In this document: positions 13,276 through 26,545 of the stretch, one piece after another
Numbering within the stretch: the first letter of the stretch is position 1
Layout: each line of letters starts with the position of its first letter
Assembly: GCA_951406725.2 (NCBI GenBank)
Contig: OX597818.1
Coordinates: forward strand, 45,012,001 to 45,076,000
Reading direction: 5' to 3'
DNA: 64,000 nt
Source of the DNA: Octopus vulgaris
Lineage: Eukaryota
Position numbers and translations under genes: made by a program
Notes under the pieces: model-generated
What the model was told of the DNA's origin: nothing
The model's database searches: none
The model's input: the letters and a program-made list of their open reading frames with translations, nothing else

Positions 13276-13877
13276 TACTCTTTTTACTCTTTTACTTGTT
13301 TCAGTCATTTGACTGTGGCCATGCTGGGGCACCGCCTTTAGTCGAGCAAATCGACACCAGAACTTATTTTTTGTAAGCCTAGTATTTATTCTATTGGTCT
13401 CTTTTGCCGAACCACTAGGTTACGGGGACATAAACACACCAGCATCAGCTGTCAAGAGATGTTGGTGGGACAAACGCAGACACACAAACATATACATGCA
13501 CATACATATATATACATATATACAACAGGCTTCTTTCAGTTTCCATCTACCAAATCCACTCACAAGGCTTTAGTCGGCCCAAGGCTATAGTAGAAGACAC
13601 TTGCCCAAGGTGCCACGCAGTGGGACTGAACCCGCATTTTTTTCCAAAAGACCTCTCAAAATATTCACTCCAGGTCCTATGTATGAAACTGGGCCTCCCA
13701 TAAGCACTATAAACTTTTTTACTCACATATATGAGCAGCTCAAATTATCACTCACAAGGCTTTGGTCTGCCAGAAGCTATAGTAGAAGATACTTGCCCAA
13801 GGTGCAATGCAGTGGGAGTGAACCCGGAACCATGTGGTTCGTAAGCAAGCTACTTACCACACAGCCACTCCTATGCC
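13276..13877 (-). mobile_element. SINE family A with internal duplication and a captured 117-bp non-SINE segment
   Basis: SINE segment 13558-13633 repeats after 13750; insert 13634-13750 matches 20484-20603. Confidence 0.85.
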
Positions 13878-14754
13878 TATCTTACTTTTTATTTGATATG
13901 ATTGTTTCCTGAGTTTGCATAACCGTTTTTCCTCATCTCCTTGCTCTATCATCCCCTCAAAGATGACAAATCCATCTCAAAATCAAAAACTGTCCTAGGC
14001 TCTCCAGGTTTTATTTGTTGCATTTTACTTGCAGTTCAGTATTCCATTAATTAACAATTAACAGACTAAGCTCAGTACTCTGTTGATGATTAATCGAATA
14101 CTGTGCTTATTCTGATAATCAATATTCCATTAAGCTCATTATTCTGTTAATCAATGATTAACAGAATAATCTGTTATTCACTTCACTCAGCCAGAAGGCA
14201 ACAGATCAATTAACAAAAACCCCAAAATGCAAAACAAATTTATATTTTAAGTTCTAACACACAGAATCTAATAGTAAAAGAAAATATGTTATTTTAATTA
14301 TTACTGCTTACTATACCTTTAACTAATTAGTCCCAGTTTGACTGAGCTTTGCACACATCAATAAATTTGTTATTTGCTGCTCTAATATAAGACCAACAGC
14401 CCTTAGGGGTTTATGAATGATAAATTTGGTGTCTGCTGCTGATGAAGCGTAATGACACAGAACCATGTGTCCAACAGTCTGATGACATCATTCATAGCCC
14501 AGTATGGGGTGTTTCCAAGTAAATTATCTGTAAAGAGAATTTCTCCTGAAACAGATTCTGCAGCAGATGTCTTTCTACATTTGAATGTACACACACATGT
14601 TAAAAGTAACTGTACAGTACTTTGAAATATTTTTCAATATTGCATCCCAACACATCTTCTTCATCAACCTCTCTCTCTCTCTTTCTTTTTCTCTCTCTCC
14701 TCTCTTTTTTCAACAGAAGTAGTCATGCATCTTCTCTACTGCAAGATACCTGTT

Positions 14755-15390
14755 TCATCATCATCATCATCATCGTTTAACGTCCGCTTTCCATGCTAGC
14801 ATGGGTTGGACGATTTGACTGAGGCTGGCAAACCAGATGGCTGCACCAATCTTCAATCTTGATCTGGCAGAGTTTCTACAGCTGGATGCCCTTCCCAATG
14901 CCAGCCAGCTGTAGAAACTTTCCCTTAGTTCATACTTTATCCTCACATCACAAAACCACCTCCCTCAATACTAGTCTCCACTCAGTTGAAGTGCCTTGTT
15001 TTGCAAGTAACTTGGTGACCTCCCCATTGTTGGTGCTGCTTAAAAAGAATCCAGTAAACTCTGTAAAGTGCTTGCATTAGGAAGGGCATCCAGCCATAGA
15101 AATCAGGCCCTGCCTTCTACTTCAACTCCAGTCAAACAGTCCAACTCACGCCAATATGGAAGGTGGATGTTAAATGATAATCATGATGCACTCTTGGGGT
15201 GGTTGGTATCAGGAAGGGCATCCAGCTGTGGAAACCTTGCTAGATCAGATGGGAGCCTGGTGCAGCCTACTGGCTTGCCAATCCTCAGTCAAACCGTCCA
15301 ACCCATGCCAGCATGGAAAGCGGATGTTAAATGACAATGATGTCAACGACGACGACGACGATGATGAGGAGGAGGATGATGATGATGACT
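14755..15390. mobile_element. Cluster of family C (RTE 3'-end) fragments in both orientations
   Basis: ggaagggcatccagc..ccaacccatgccagcatggaaagcggatgttaaa(tga)n motifs. Confidence 0.75.
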
Positions 15391-16371
15391 GAAATTTATA
15401 CAGAATACAAACCTATCATTTTGAAACTGTTAAAGGGAATCACTTTATTATTTTAGAAGGAATCTTAGTATTGAATGCTTAATCAGAGAGGATGGCCCTC
15501 ATGTCTGATATCAAAGCAAAACAGTCATTAATTACTTTTATTGAGGAAATTATGTTTATTCATATTTTAATATTTTTACTGAGAACTCAGTTACGTGATA
15601 CAGACACACTCCGTGTTGATATAGAAACTAATGCATAAATAGTCAATCATCTTGAGATTTTAGTTCAATAAAGCAAGTAATAATAAAGAAAAATTTAAAT
15701 ATTCCACAGACAGAATAAATCTATAACATTTTATAAGCATTACAATAGAAATCAAACTTTTGTTTGTCTTACTAATAACTGAAATATTGACTTAATAGAA
15801 TGCTTTGCGGAATGTCAACAACTAATGAATAATAATGAAAATTGTGAGTTAATAAATGTTATTATTGAAACCACTTCTACTGTACTCTTAAATTGAACAT
15901 GGAATTAATTATTCAAGAATATATTATTCTTAAAGTATGAAATCAATATGTCAGAATAGAAGAAATGTAAAATTCAGCTTTGAATTTCATTTACTGCATC
16001 AATATCATTACTGTTTTAGGAAGCTTTATATTTTGTTATATTTTATTTAATTTCAACTTATTATCATTTGTTTTCCTTATATGCAAGTGATGCATGACCT
16101 GCAGACAAAATCTGATAGCCCACTATTGGATGCCATCCCAGGTATCAACCTACCCTCAATAAATGATGTAGAATTAACATCTATTCTACTGTTATTGAGT
16201 CTGAAGCAAGAATAGTAACATACTCTTCCAAGTGATTTTGGAAGATTTTCTAACTATAACTTGACAAATATATGTGGGAACCATTAGCCTTGTAGACAAT
16301 ATGCCTACTTTTCTATGTCTTGTCATAGAATTCTTTAATAATAATCAAAGTTCTAATACTCAAGGTGTATA

Positions 16372-16580
16372 AGGTGGTGAGCTGGCAGAAACGTAAGCAC
16401 ACTGGGCGAAATGCTTAGCGGTATTTTATCTGTCTTTACGTTCTGAGTTCAAATTCTGCCGAGGTCTACTGTTCCTTTCATCCTCTCGGGGTCAATAAAT
16501 TAAGTACCAGTTGCGTACTGGGGTTGATGTAATCATCTTATCCCCTTCCCCAAACTTACTGGCCTTATGCCAAAATCTGA
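16372..16580 (+). mobile_element. SINE family B
   Basis: ggtggtgagctggcagaaacg head, gagttcaaattc B-box, tttcatcctctcggggtcaataaattaagtaccag central domain. Confidence 0.85.
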
Positions 16581-16699
16581 AACAAATATTCAAGATATAT
16601 AATATATGTGCATATGTGTGTGTGCACATGCATGCATGTGTGTGCATGCATGTGCATGTCTGAGTGCATGTATATGTATGTATATATATATATGCATGC

Positions 16700-17399
16700 A
16701 CTGCCTGACTGGCACCTGTGCCAGTGGAATGTTAAATGCACCATCTGAGCATGATCATTACCAGGGCCGCCTTACTGGCATTTGTGCCGGTGGCACATGA
16801 AAAACAACATTCGAGCGAGGTCGTTGCCAGTGCCACTGGACTGGCTCCTGTGCAGGTGGCATATAAAAAACCCCATTTGAGTGTGATCATCGCCAGTGCC
16901 ACCTGACTGGCCCTCATGCCAGTGGCATGTAAAAGCACCCACTACACTCTCGGAGTGGTTGGCATTCTTCCACCCTCTCTCCCTCACGATCTGAGGTAGA
17001 CATGTTTCTCTTCTACCACAAGACACCTTTTCTGTCCCTCAGTACTAATCCCATTTCACTTGAGGAGTTTGTCCTGCAAATTCTTTGATGACCTCACTGC
17101 TGCTGGTGCCAGTGCCATGTAAAAAGCACCCGGTACACTCTGTAAAGTGATTGGCATTAGGAAGGACATCCAGCCATAGAAACTATGCCAAAACATCAGA
17201 AGAGCTTAGTGCAGTCTTCTGCCAAACCATCCTACCCATGCCAGCATAGAAAGCAGGCGTTAAATGATGATGGTGGTGGTGATGATGATGAAGATGATGA
17301 TGAAGGTGGTGGTGGTGATGATGGTGGTGATGGTGATGATGATAATGATGATGATAATGGTGGTGATGATGATGATGATAATGGTGATGATGATAATGG

Positions 17400-17447
<48 letters not shown>

Positions 17448-17470
17448 CTATAATGAGATTGATGGATAAT
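16700..17470 (+). mobile_element. Family C fragments with tandem tgccagtggcac-like sub-repeats, ending in an expanded (GAT/GGT)n tail (17264-17447)
   Basis: Motif match and triplet tract. Confidence 0.75.
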
Positions 17471-18000
17471 GACGATAAGCCTACAGCAAAAGAAAAACAG
17501 TTTTAATTCCCACAAATAAGAGACAACACTAATAATGCAATTACTTCAAAGTTGAATGAAATATAATTTACAGGAGGTAAACTTTTATACAAGCATTCTC
17601 AGAATATTTTTTTTTTTCCACTGGTACCAAGAAATGTTTGCTTGCTGTTGATGTAAAGTACTCGGTGGCAGTTTAATATGAAACTTGTGTTTAAAAAGTA
17701 GCAATTTGTTGCCAGTAGGTGTATATTTGCATTGGCATTTGTTATGAAAGAAATGCTTTTGTGTCTGTCTAACTTCAGGTAATTTAACAAAGCCTAAGTC
17801 ATATCATTACATTAGTAAATACTGACATGTGCTGTACGTAAGAAATCAGCTTCTGGCAAATAGAGCTTACCACCTACATTTTCTTTGTTGAGAAAGTAAT
17901 GAATGCCACTAGAGCCCTTTCCTTTAACAACCAGAATTCTAAATCTGTGTACATATATCATCATCATCATTATCATCATCGTCATTATCATCATCATCAT

Positions 18001-18810
18001 CAGGTGTGGCTGTGTGGTAAGAAGTTGGCAGAAACGTTAGCACGCCAGGCAAAATGCTTAGTGGTATTTTGCCTGCCGCTATGTTCTGAGTTCAAATTCC
18101 ACCGAGGTTGACTTTGCTTTTTATCCTTTCAGGGTTGATTAAATAAGTACCAGTTACTCACTGGGGTCAATATAATCGACTTAATCCATTTGTCTGTTCT
18201 TGTTTGTTCCCTCTGTGGGTAGCCCCTTGTGGGCAGTAAAGAAATAAGAAATGTTAGCACACCGGGCAAAATGCTTAGCCGTATTTCGTCTGCCGCTACG
18301 TTCTGAGTTCAAATTCCACTGAGGTCGACTTTGCCTTTCATCCTTTCGGGGTCGATTAAATAAGTACCAGTTACCCACTGGGGTTGATATAATCGACTTA
18401 ATCTGTTTTTCTGTCCTTGTTTGTTCCCTCTTTGTGTAGCCCCTTGGGGGCAGTAAAGAAATAAGAAGCATGCTTCTCAGCCACATGGTTTCAGGTTCCA
18501 ACCATACCAGCATGGATAACAGACATCAAATGATGATGATGATATATGTGTTGTGTGTGTGTCTGTGTATCTTTGTGTGTCATTGTGTCTGTGCTTGTCT
18601 CCTTACATTACTTGACAACCAGTGTTGGTGTGTTTACGTTCCTGTAACATAGCAGTTAAGCAAAAGAGACCGAACCACTAAGTAACAGGACAGATAGAAT
18701 AAGTACCAGACTTCAGAAAAAATAAGTAGTGGGGTCAGTACATTCGACTAGAAATTCTTCAAAGCTGTGTCCCAGAATAGCTGCAGTCTATTGGCTCAAA
18801 CAAATAAAAA
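18001..18810 (+). mobile_element. Old SINE A head split by two tandem SINE B copies (18025-18465), followed by a SINE A tail
   Basis: ggtaagaag at ~18016 and taagaagcatgcttctcagccacatgg at ~18462 bracket two B bodies. Confidence 0.75.
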
Positions 18811-19073
18811 TCAGAGAAAAGTTCATTATCATTATAATCATCATTATCATCATCACCATCATAACGTCTCTTTTCCATTGTTGCACGGGTCAGATAAAGT
18901 TTATTGAGGCAGATATTCCATGGGCAAATGCCCATCCTGTCACCAACTCTCATTTGTTTCCAAGCAAGCTAATATTTTCCCACAGCCAACATGCTTTTGT
19001 TTGCAGGATATTGGAAATAAATGACATTTATTCATGACAATCGTGTTACATCAGGACAGGGAGATACAAACAT

Positions 19074-19146
<73 letters not shown>

Positions 19147-19305
19147 AGATAGAGAGAGAGAGTTTTTGAAGTGATGTACAGATATTGTATATTGAGAATA
19201 ATAAGGTAATCAGAATGTTGGATGAATATATATTTTTATTTACATTTTTAGCACTTTCTTGTTATTCTCAATATACAACATCTGTACATCACTTCAAAAA
19301 CTCTT

Positions 19306-19342
<37 letters not shown>

Positions 19343-19817
19343 GAAGGGGTGCTGAAAAGTTCCTGGTTTAGGGTAAAAGAAAATATAGGAGGATCAGTTA
19401 ATTGTGATTTTATTCAACATATTCCCCTTCTCACACTTATCGCAGTGGTCCTTCACAAGAACTCGTGAGATTGGGCCACCAACCAGGTCTTTCACAATAC
19501 CCTTAAAGCCAGGAACTTTTAACTTACTAACAAGGCTTTGGTTGGCACAAACTGCTACACTGCGAGACTGAACCCAAACCCATGTCACTGGGAAGCAAAA
19601 TTCTTGACCATGCATATGTGCACACACACACACACACACACACACACAAGAAACCAAGTTTTAGACCTTACTAAAAAGGGTTGCATTTTATTCAGAGTAG
19701 AAAGCAAGAGAATATAATGAATGCATGATGTTAACTACAAAGCTTCAAATTTCAGAGAGCAAGTCTTAAAGCTGATTTTGTCTTTCTTCTCTTACAAGTC
19801 AATAAAATAAATACCAG

Positions 19818-20483
19818 TACTCTCTTTTACTCTTTTACTTGTTTCAGTCATTTGATTGCGGCCATGCTGGAGCACCACATTTAGTCGAGCAAATCGACCC
19901 CAGGACTTATTCTTTGTAAGCCCAGTACTTATTCCTTCACTCTCTTTTGCTGAACTGCTAAGTTATTGGGACATAAATACAACAGCAAGGGTTGTCAGAC
20001 GATGTTGGGGGGAGGGACAAACACAGACACACAAACATATACACACATACATATATATACATATATATGACAGGCTTCTTTCAGTTTCCATCTACCAAAT
20101 CCACTCACAAAGCTTTGGTCAGCCTGAGGCTATAGTAGAAGACACTTGCCCAAGGTGCCATGCAGTGGGACTAAACCCCGTAACCATGTGGTTGGTAGCA
20201 AGCTACTTACCACACAGCCACTCTTGCGCCACTTTCTGTGAGAATATATTAAAAATAATAAGGTGGCGAGCTAAGTTACAGGGACATAAACACATCAACA
20301 TCGGTTGTCAAGCGATGTTGGTGGGACAAACAGACACACACACACACATACATATATATATATACATATATACGACGGGCTTATTTCAGTTTCTGTCTAC
20401 CAAATCCACTTACAATGCTTAGGCCGGCCCAAGGCTATAGTAGAAGACACTTGCCCAAGGTGCGACGCAGTGGGACTGAACCT
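19818..20483 (-). mobile_element. Two tandem SINE family A copies (19818-20230 full; 20270-20483 partial)
   Basis: Consensus match. Confidence 0.85.
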
Positions 20484-20631
20484 GCATTTTCTTCCCCCAA
20501 AAGACCTCTCAAAATATTCACTCCAGGTCTTATGTATGAAACTGGGCCTCCCATAAGCACTATAAACTTTTTTACTCACATATATGAGCTGCTCAAATTA
20601 TCATGCACCTAATAAGCCCATTTGTCTTTAA

Positions 20632-20852
20632 CCCTTTCGATACCAACCCGGTTGAAACCGGCTCTGGGCTCTGAGTACAAATGTCTCATTTTCATAAGCT
20701 TTGAATTAAAATCTTCCACCAAACCTTAGTTACAATTTATGTTCCTAACACTAGCTTAATGATAACTAAGCTATTTTACTAAATTCTTTGTTATATTTAA
20801 AGTAATTGAAAGAAACACAGAGCATCTCGAAATAAATACAGTAATAAAAGGG
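20632..20852. mobile_element. piggyBac-type MITE, 221 bp
   Basis: TTAA|CCCTTTCGATAC ... GTAATAAAAGGG|TTAA; second copy at 40672-40892. Confidence 0.85.
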
Positions 20853-21304
20853 TTAATGCCATCAAATATATTAGTTGACGAGTGATCAGCTCGTGATATA
20901 GTGATGCAATTCAGCACTGCATTATCCACCTTTCCATTGTTAAGTATGTTGGTTCAACCAGTAAAAACTTATGCATATTCGTTGTCATACAATTTTTTCA
21001 TACATTTTCATAAGTATTAATTTCATTGGGGTTACATAGGATTTCCTTTGTTTATCATCTGGATACACTCTACTTTCAATTCATAGTACCATTTTCTTTG
21101 ACCTATATGAATTGCAGTAATTTAGATTTACCAATAAAATATCCAAGAATTTTTCAGCAGACACAGTCATGAATTTTGATAATCATTATAATGACATGAA
21201 ATACAACAATACTGATACAATATCTATCTAGAAAGAAAACATCCTCAAGATGGCCAAAAGTGTAGTAGAAAACAGTTAACTGTTCTTATTATTCATTTAA
21301 TATT

Positions 21305-21704
21305 GTTGTTGTTTGTTCCTTCTTGAGCCATGCCTGGCTCATAAAGGCTAGTTTCCCGGTTTCCTTGGCATATAGGTTCCCCACCTGGATGGGACGCCGG
21401 TCCATCACATGTGAGCTGCAAGATGCAGGAGGAAAGAGTGAGAGAAAGTTGTGGTGAAAGAGTCAGCAGAAGTTTGCCATTACCTTCTAAGTGTGGAGCT
21501 TAGGTGTTTCAGTCATAATCACACACACACACATATAATATAGATACATATACATGACGAGCTTCTTTCAGTTTCCGTCTACCAAATCCACTGACAAGGC
21601 TTTGGTCGGCCCGAGGGGCTATAGTAGAAGACACTTGCTGAAGGTGCCATGCAGTGGGACTGAACCTGGAACCATGTGGTTGGTAAGCAAGCTACTTACC
21701 ACAC
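21305..21704 (-). mobile_element. Partial SINE related to 43107-43370, joined to a SINE A head
   Basis: gagagaaagttgtggtgaaagagt shared in reverse with 43260-43290; SINE A at 21520-21704. Confidence 0.65.
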
Positions 21705-22952
21705 TTAATTAGGCTAAAATGTTTAGTTTAGAAACATGTATGTATATGTGTATGTATGGATATATACATGTTATTCACTTTTATGTCAAGATTTTGTGAC
21801 AATAGAGAAGGACCCGGTTTCTAACCTACGTTCAAGGCTCCTTTATTTGAATTTCAACACCAACAAGCTATTTGTGTATGTATGTGTGTATGTTTGCAGT
21901 ATTTGGAGTCTATGCATGTTTTATGTATGTTCTCATGCATATAATTGCATGTTTAGACATACACATATATACTTCAATGTTAAACTCCTGGAAAATTTTA
22001 CAAATCTTTACAGTTCCATTGATGGAACTTTCTCCCTTTCTGGTTTTGATAAGCCTAGTAATCTGGGTAGAATAACTATAAGTTTCTCAATAGTTCAGTG
22101 TAGGTATTCTCTTTCTCACTGATATTTATCTTTATGTATATATGTGTGTATGTATGCATGTATATACCGACATGTACTGTGCGTAAGAAATGTATGTATG
22201 TACGTATGTATGTATGCATGCATGTATGTATGGATGGATGGATGGATCAATACATACATATATGTAATTAAATATAATTAATAGGTATGTGTATGTAGCC
22301 TCTAGTAATCATTGCTTCCTATCTAATTGCATATTGAATTATATTATCGATGTCACATACTTAATTTATATGTGTTGGTTGTTAAATGCTTTTAAGCAGT
22401 GATATTTCGACCAAGAAAACTCCCTTTAAAGGCATAGTGTGTTAAAATATTAATCGTTAATTTCCTGGACAAAATACTGCAACATAAAAGCATTTAACAA
22501 CACAAATACAGTATGTGTGTTACACTGCTAATGTTCACAGCATAGAGCTGCTTCTTATTCAAAATTTGAAAGAATTGTATAACCTTTCATGGCACTAATT
22601 AAAGAAGATTAGAGATCTTAGCTTAGCCTAAGGTCAAATTTTTATTTCTCATTTCATCTCACCATTAACAATAAAATGAAAAAGACATCAAAAATTCATT
22701 ATTTCATAATATAAGATCGCTTTTAACAGTTTTATTTCATTTCTGAACAAGCTTTCTTCCCAGTTTAACACCTTACCTGTAAAAGGTGTAAAATGGAAAG
22801 TATACAAAGAAAGACCCCCAAACACTGACTTTTGAAGTGCAACAATTAGCTACACTTTCCTTTATGTAATGTCACCAATTGTGAGAAGGTATCTGGAAAT
22901 TTACATCATCATCATCAACAACTGATGTTTAATAAAAGAACTATGTGCTAAA

Positions 22953-23175
22953 AGGCAGAATTGTTAGCACGCCGGGCAAAATACTTAGTAGTATTTCGTC
23001 TGCCGCTACATTCTGAGTTCAAATTCCGCCGAGGTCAACTTTGCTTTTCATCCTTTAGGGGTCGATAAAAATAAGTACCAGTTACTCACTGGGGTCAATA
23101 TAATCGACTTAATCCGTGTGTCTGTCCTTGTTTGTCCTCTTTGTATTTAGCCCCTTGTGAGTAGTAAAGAAATAG
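22953..23175 (+). mobile_element. SINE family B
   Basis: Consensus match. Confidence 0.85.
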
Positions 23176-23731
23176 ATGTCATTGGAAGCAGATTTTTCTG
23201 CCAGACAACAAGAGGATCTTAACCTGTGGATAATACTTCAGAGATGTTTTCTGTCAACACAACCCCACATTTTGTTTTCCCCAGTGGTAATTGGTGCCCT
23301 CATCAAACATAAGACTTTTAGTAGTGGCTGGTCTGAGTCCACTGACTTCCAATCAGGCTACTCTCAAAGAATTCTCTGCCATAATAGTTTGTAGTAAGTT
23401 ATTAGCTAGAGTTTTATCTTATCCTTCATACCAAAATATTCACAGTCAAAACCTCAAACAAGTCAAACAAAACAATAGTCAATCCACAGGATAATTTCCC
23501 TTCTTCTGCACCAATATCCTGGATTTTAATCGAACCATAATCCCTTCAACCAGCATATTCCAGCAATTTTCTGAAAAGTAGTGACTACACTTCTATAGAA
23601 TGCACAATATTTATCTCTCAAATCTCTTCACCAAACATCAGGAACAATGTCTTTTAGTTACTCTTGTCCAGAAGCACTAACCCTTTACTTCCCTCTACAA
23701 ATCTCATGTGACCTACATTGAAGTACAAAAT

Positions 23732-24050
23732 CCCCCTTTCGGTCATGAATGACCATGGGATTGTGCCTAGAAAGTTCCCCTCCAAGGCACAAATCCGGGC
23801 AAGGTTGTTTATGAAAGACTAGCAGTCGCCATTGCATACCAGCCTCCCCATTCCATGCCATTGATGTTATCCAAGGAAAAGGCAAAGGCCAATACAGCTT
23901 GGCACCATTGACATTGCAACTCATTTCTAAAGCTGAGTGAAATGGAGCAACGTGAAATAAAGCATCTTGCTCAAGAATACAACATGCAGCCCAATCCAGG
24001 AATTGAACTCTCAAACTTACGATCATAAGCTCGGCACTCAAGCCACAGAG
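23732..24050 (-). mobile_element. tRNA-derived SINE family E; second copy at 30382-30675
   Basis: Minus strand: tRNA-like head with gttcaattcc B-box, ttcttgagcaaga core, tail ending atggtcattcatgacc; colinear copies. Confidence 0.8.
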
Positions 24051-24715
24051 CAACTAACACATATATATGGTATGGTGTTGCTTGTACATGTACAGACGTT
24101 CGAGACCATATCCAAAACGAAATCCTTTTTCTGATTACAGACTCACTAACATAATGACAAGTATACTATCTCTTATCTTTACATTCTTTTCTATCACTAT
24201 ACTACATGATACTCTGCTTATCCTTTCCATCGAGGCCCACCTGGTTTGATGTACACACTCCTCCTCACAACAACCCTCTTGTGTCAAGTCTCACACTTGA
24301 CTGAGACATTGCTTTCTAGAGTTCCAAAATCCCTCTCAACCCATCTTTGTCATACAGACATCAACCTATTGAAAATGAATTCCACCAACTCAGAGGACTG
24401 ACAAGACTTCCCGTCTAGCTTTCATTAATTATTAATGAAATGAAAGTAAAATCAGATTTCAATAGTATTGGAATGTGTTCTGTTATTACAATACATTATA
24501 ATAAATGAGAGAGCAGGTGCTCACATTTCTTTACTACATATGTATTAATTGAGATGTCTTTACTTGCAAGACAATTTATTGGAAATATTCAATTAGTTCA
24601 TCAAAGTTTTCCCATAAACTGTAAAATTTCCTGAGTTGGATTTCTGTTATATGAGCTATGTACAAAATAGGTAAAAATGTGCAAAATAATGTAGGTTAAC
24701 TAAACTTTTGGAATT

Positions 24716-26083
24716 GTGATGACCTTGTTCTTATAGCTGAATGACTACCAGCACTAGAGAAGCAGTTTCAGGTATGGAAGAAAGATCTAGAATCAAAGGG
24801 CCTTCGAGTTAACCTTAAAAAAAACCCCAAAGTCTTAGTAAGCTAGAAGACAGATAAATCACAAGTCCCTTCAGGCAGATGGCCCTGTTCAGTTTGTAGA
24901 AGAGGTGTATGTAGAAACTCCATAAGATGTACCCAGTGTAAGCTATGGACACATAAGAGGTGTAGCAATATCAGAGGAAGGTTAACAGGGAAAATAGCTT
25001 TTGTGTGTAGAAGATGTACAGGTACAATAAACATTGGAAATATACAGAAAATAGACTCCATTAACTGCCAGGTGGGTAAGCTAGAGGTAGTAGATAGCTT
25101 CCATTATCAAAATGGTTCATAGTGGAGATGGATGCTCCAAGAGTATAGCTGTGAGAATAAGATTAGTCTGGGAAAAGTTCAGAGAGCTCCCACCTCTGCC
25201 AGCAACAAAGGGTCTCTTTCTCAGAGTGAAAGGCAGATTGTATGATGTCTGTGTGTGAACAGCTATGCTACAGAGCAATGAAACATAGGCTGTGACAGCC
25301 AAGGACATGAGTAGGCATGAAAGAAATGAAGCTAGTATGCTCTGCTGGATGTGCAATGTCAGTGTGCATGTTTGACAGTGTAAGCATCTTGAGAGAAAAG
25401 TTGGGCATAAAAGGCATCAGATGTGGTGTGCAAGAGAGATGACTGCACTGGTATGGTCATGTGGTGTATATAGACATGGACAGTGGTAAAGAAGTGCTAA
25501 TCTCTAACTGTGGATGGAATCTGTGGTAGAGATGAACCCAAGAAGACATGGGACGAGGTAGTGAAGCATGATCTTTGAGCTTTGGGCCTCACAGAAGCAA
25601 TGACTAGGGATCAAGACCTTTGGCAATATGCTGTGCTTGAGAAGACCCATAAAGCCAAGTGAAATTGTAATCATGGCTTATGCTGATGTCATGTAACTGG
25701 CACCTGTGCTGGTGGCACATAAAAGTCACCTTTTGAGTGTAGGGCCTCACAAAGGCAAAGTGGCTGATGCTGGTGACATGTGAAAAGCTCCTTTTGAGTG
25801 TTGGGCTCCACGGAGACAATGACCAAGACATCTGGCATTATGTTGTGCTTGAGAAGAAAACCCATCAAGCCAAGCAAAATTGCACTCATGGCACATATGC
25901 CAGTGACACATAATAGCACTCATTACACTCTTGGAGTGGTTGGCATTAGGAAGGGCATCCAGCCATAAAAACCATGCCAAATCAGACTGGAGTCTGGTGC
26001 AGCCTTCCAGCGTGCCAGCCCTAGTCAAACTGTTCAGCCCATGCCAGCATGAACAACGGATATTAAATTATGATGATGATGAT
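24716..26083 (+). mobile_element. 5'-truncated RTE-clade LINE pseudogene (RT C-terminus, Cys-rich finger, 3' UTR, (GAT)n tail)
   Basis: DDLVLIAE..FQVWKKDLESKGLRVNL; WPCSVCRRGV..CTQCKLWTHKRC; VRIRLVWEKFREL; LHWYGHV; PKKTWDEVVKHDL; frameshifted. Confidence 0.9.
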
Positions 26084-26414
26084 ATTAATCTAAAGATCCA
26101 GTATTTCTTTTCAAAGTAAGTATTTATGATAATTATCAAAAAAAATATTCCCTGTAGCTTGTCATATTTGCAATATATTTTTTCTGTTAGCTTTCATATT
26201 CTTTGTCCTAATTACAATTTCTAAGGCATCTTCTGCTCTTTGCTTTGATAAAAAAAAACATCACTGACATTTTGTCTCAGCTTCAGCTTCCATTCATCTA
26301 ATATCATCACACTACTAAGTACATTTTTTCCTTTGTATTAATAAATATTTAAAATATTTATTTTCCAGTATTTTTCATATTGCATCTAAACACAGTCTTT
26401 ACCGGAAATTTATA

Positions 26415-26482
26415 TTCTCACCGTGAGAATAAGACTAGGCTGGGCAAAATTCAGAGAGCTCCTACCTCTGCTGGCAACAAAG

Positions 26483-26545
<63 letters not shown>

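Noticed and set aside
14403-14594. 63-aa minus-strand ORF with a possible acceptor (ctttacag)
   Set aside because: No recognisable homology or partner exons; cannot be supported as a CDS
16700-16960. Regularly spaced tgccagtggca-like repeats resembling a CRISPR array
   Set aside because: Degenerate internal sub-repeats of the family C / RTE 3' UTR in a eukaryotic context; spacers are not unique and there are no cas genes
17183-17515. Poly-His / poly-Asp ORFs (also poly-Ile/Tyr/Leu at 52356-53721)
   Set aside because: Triplet microsatellite tails, not proteins
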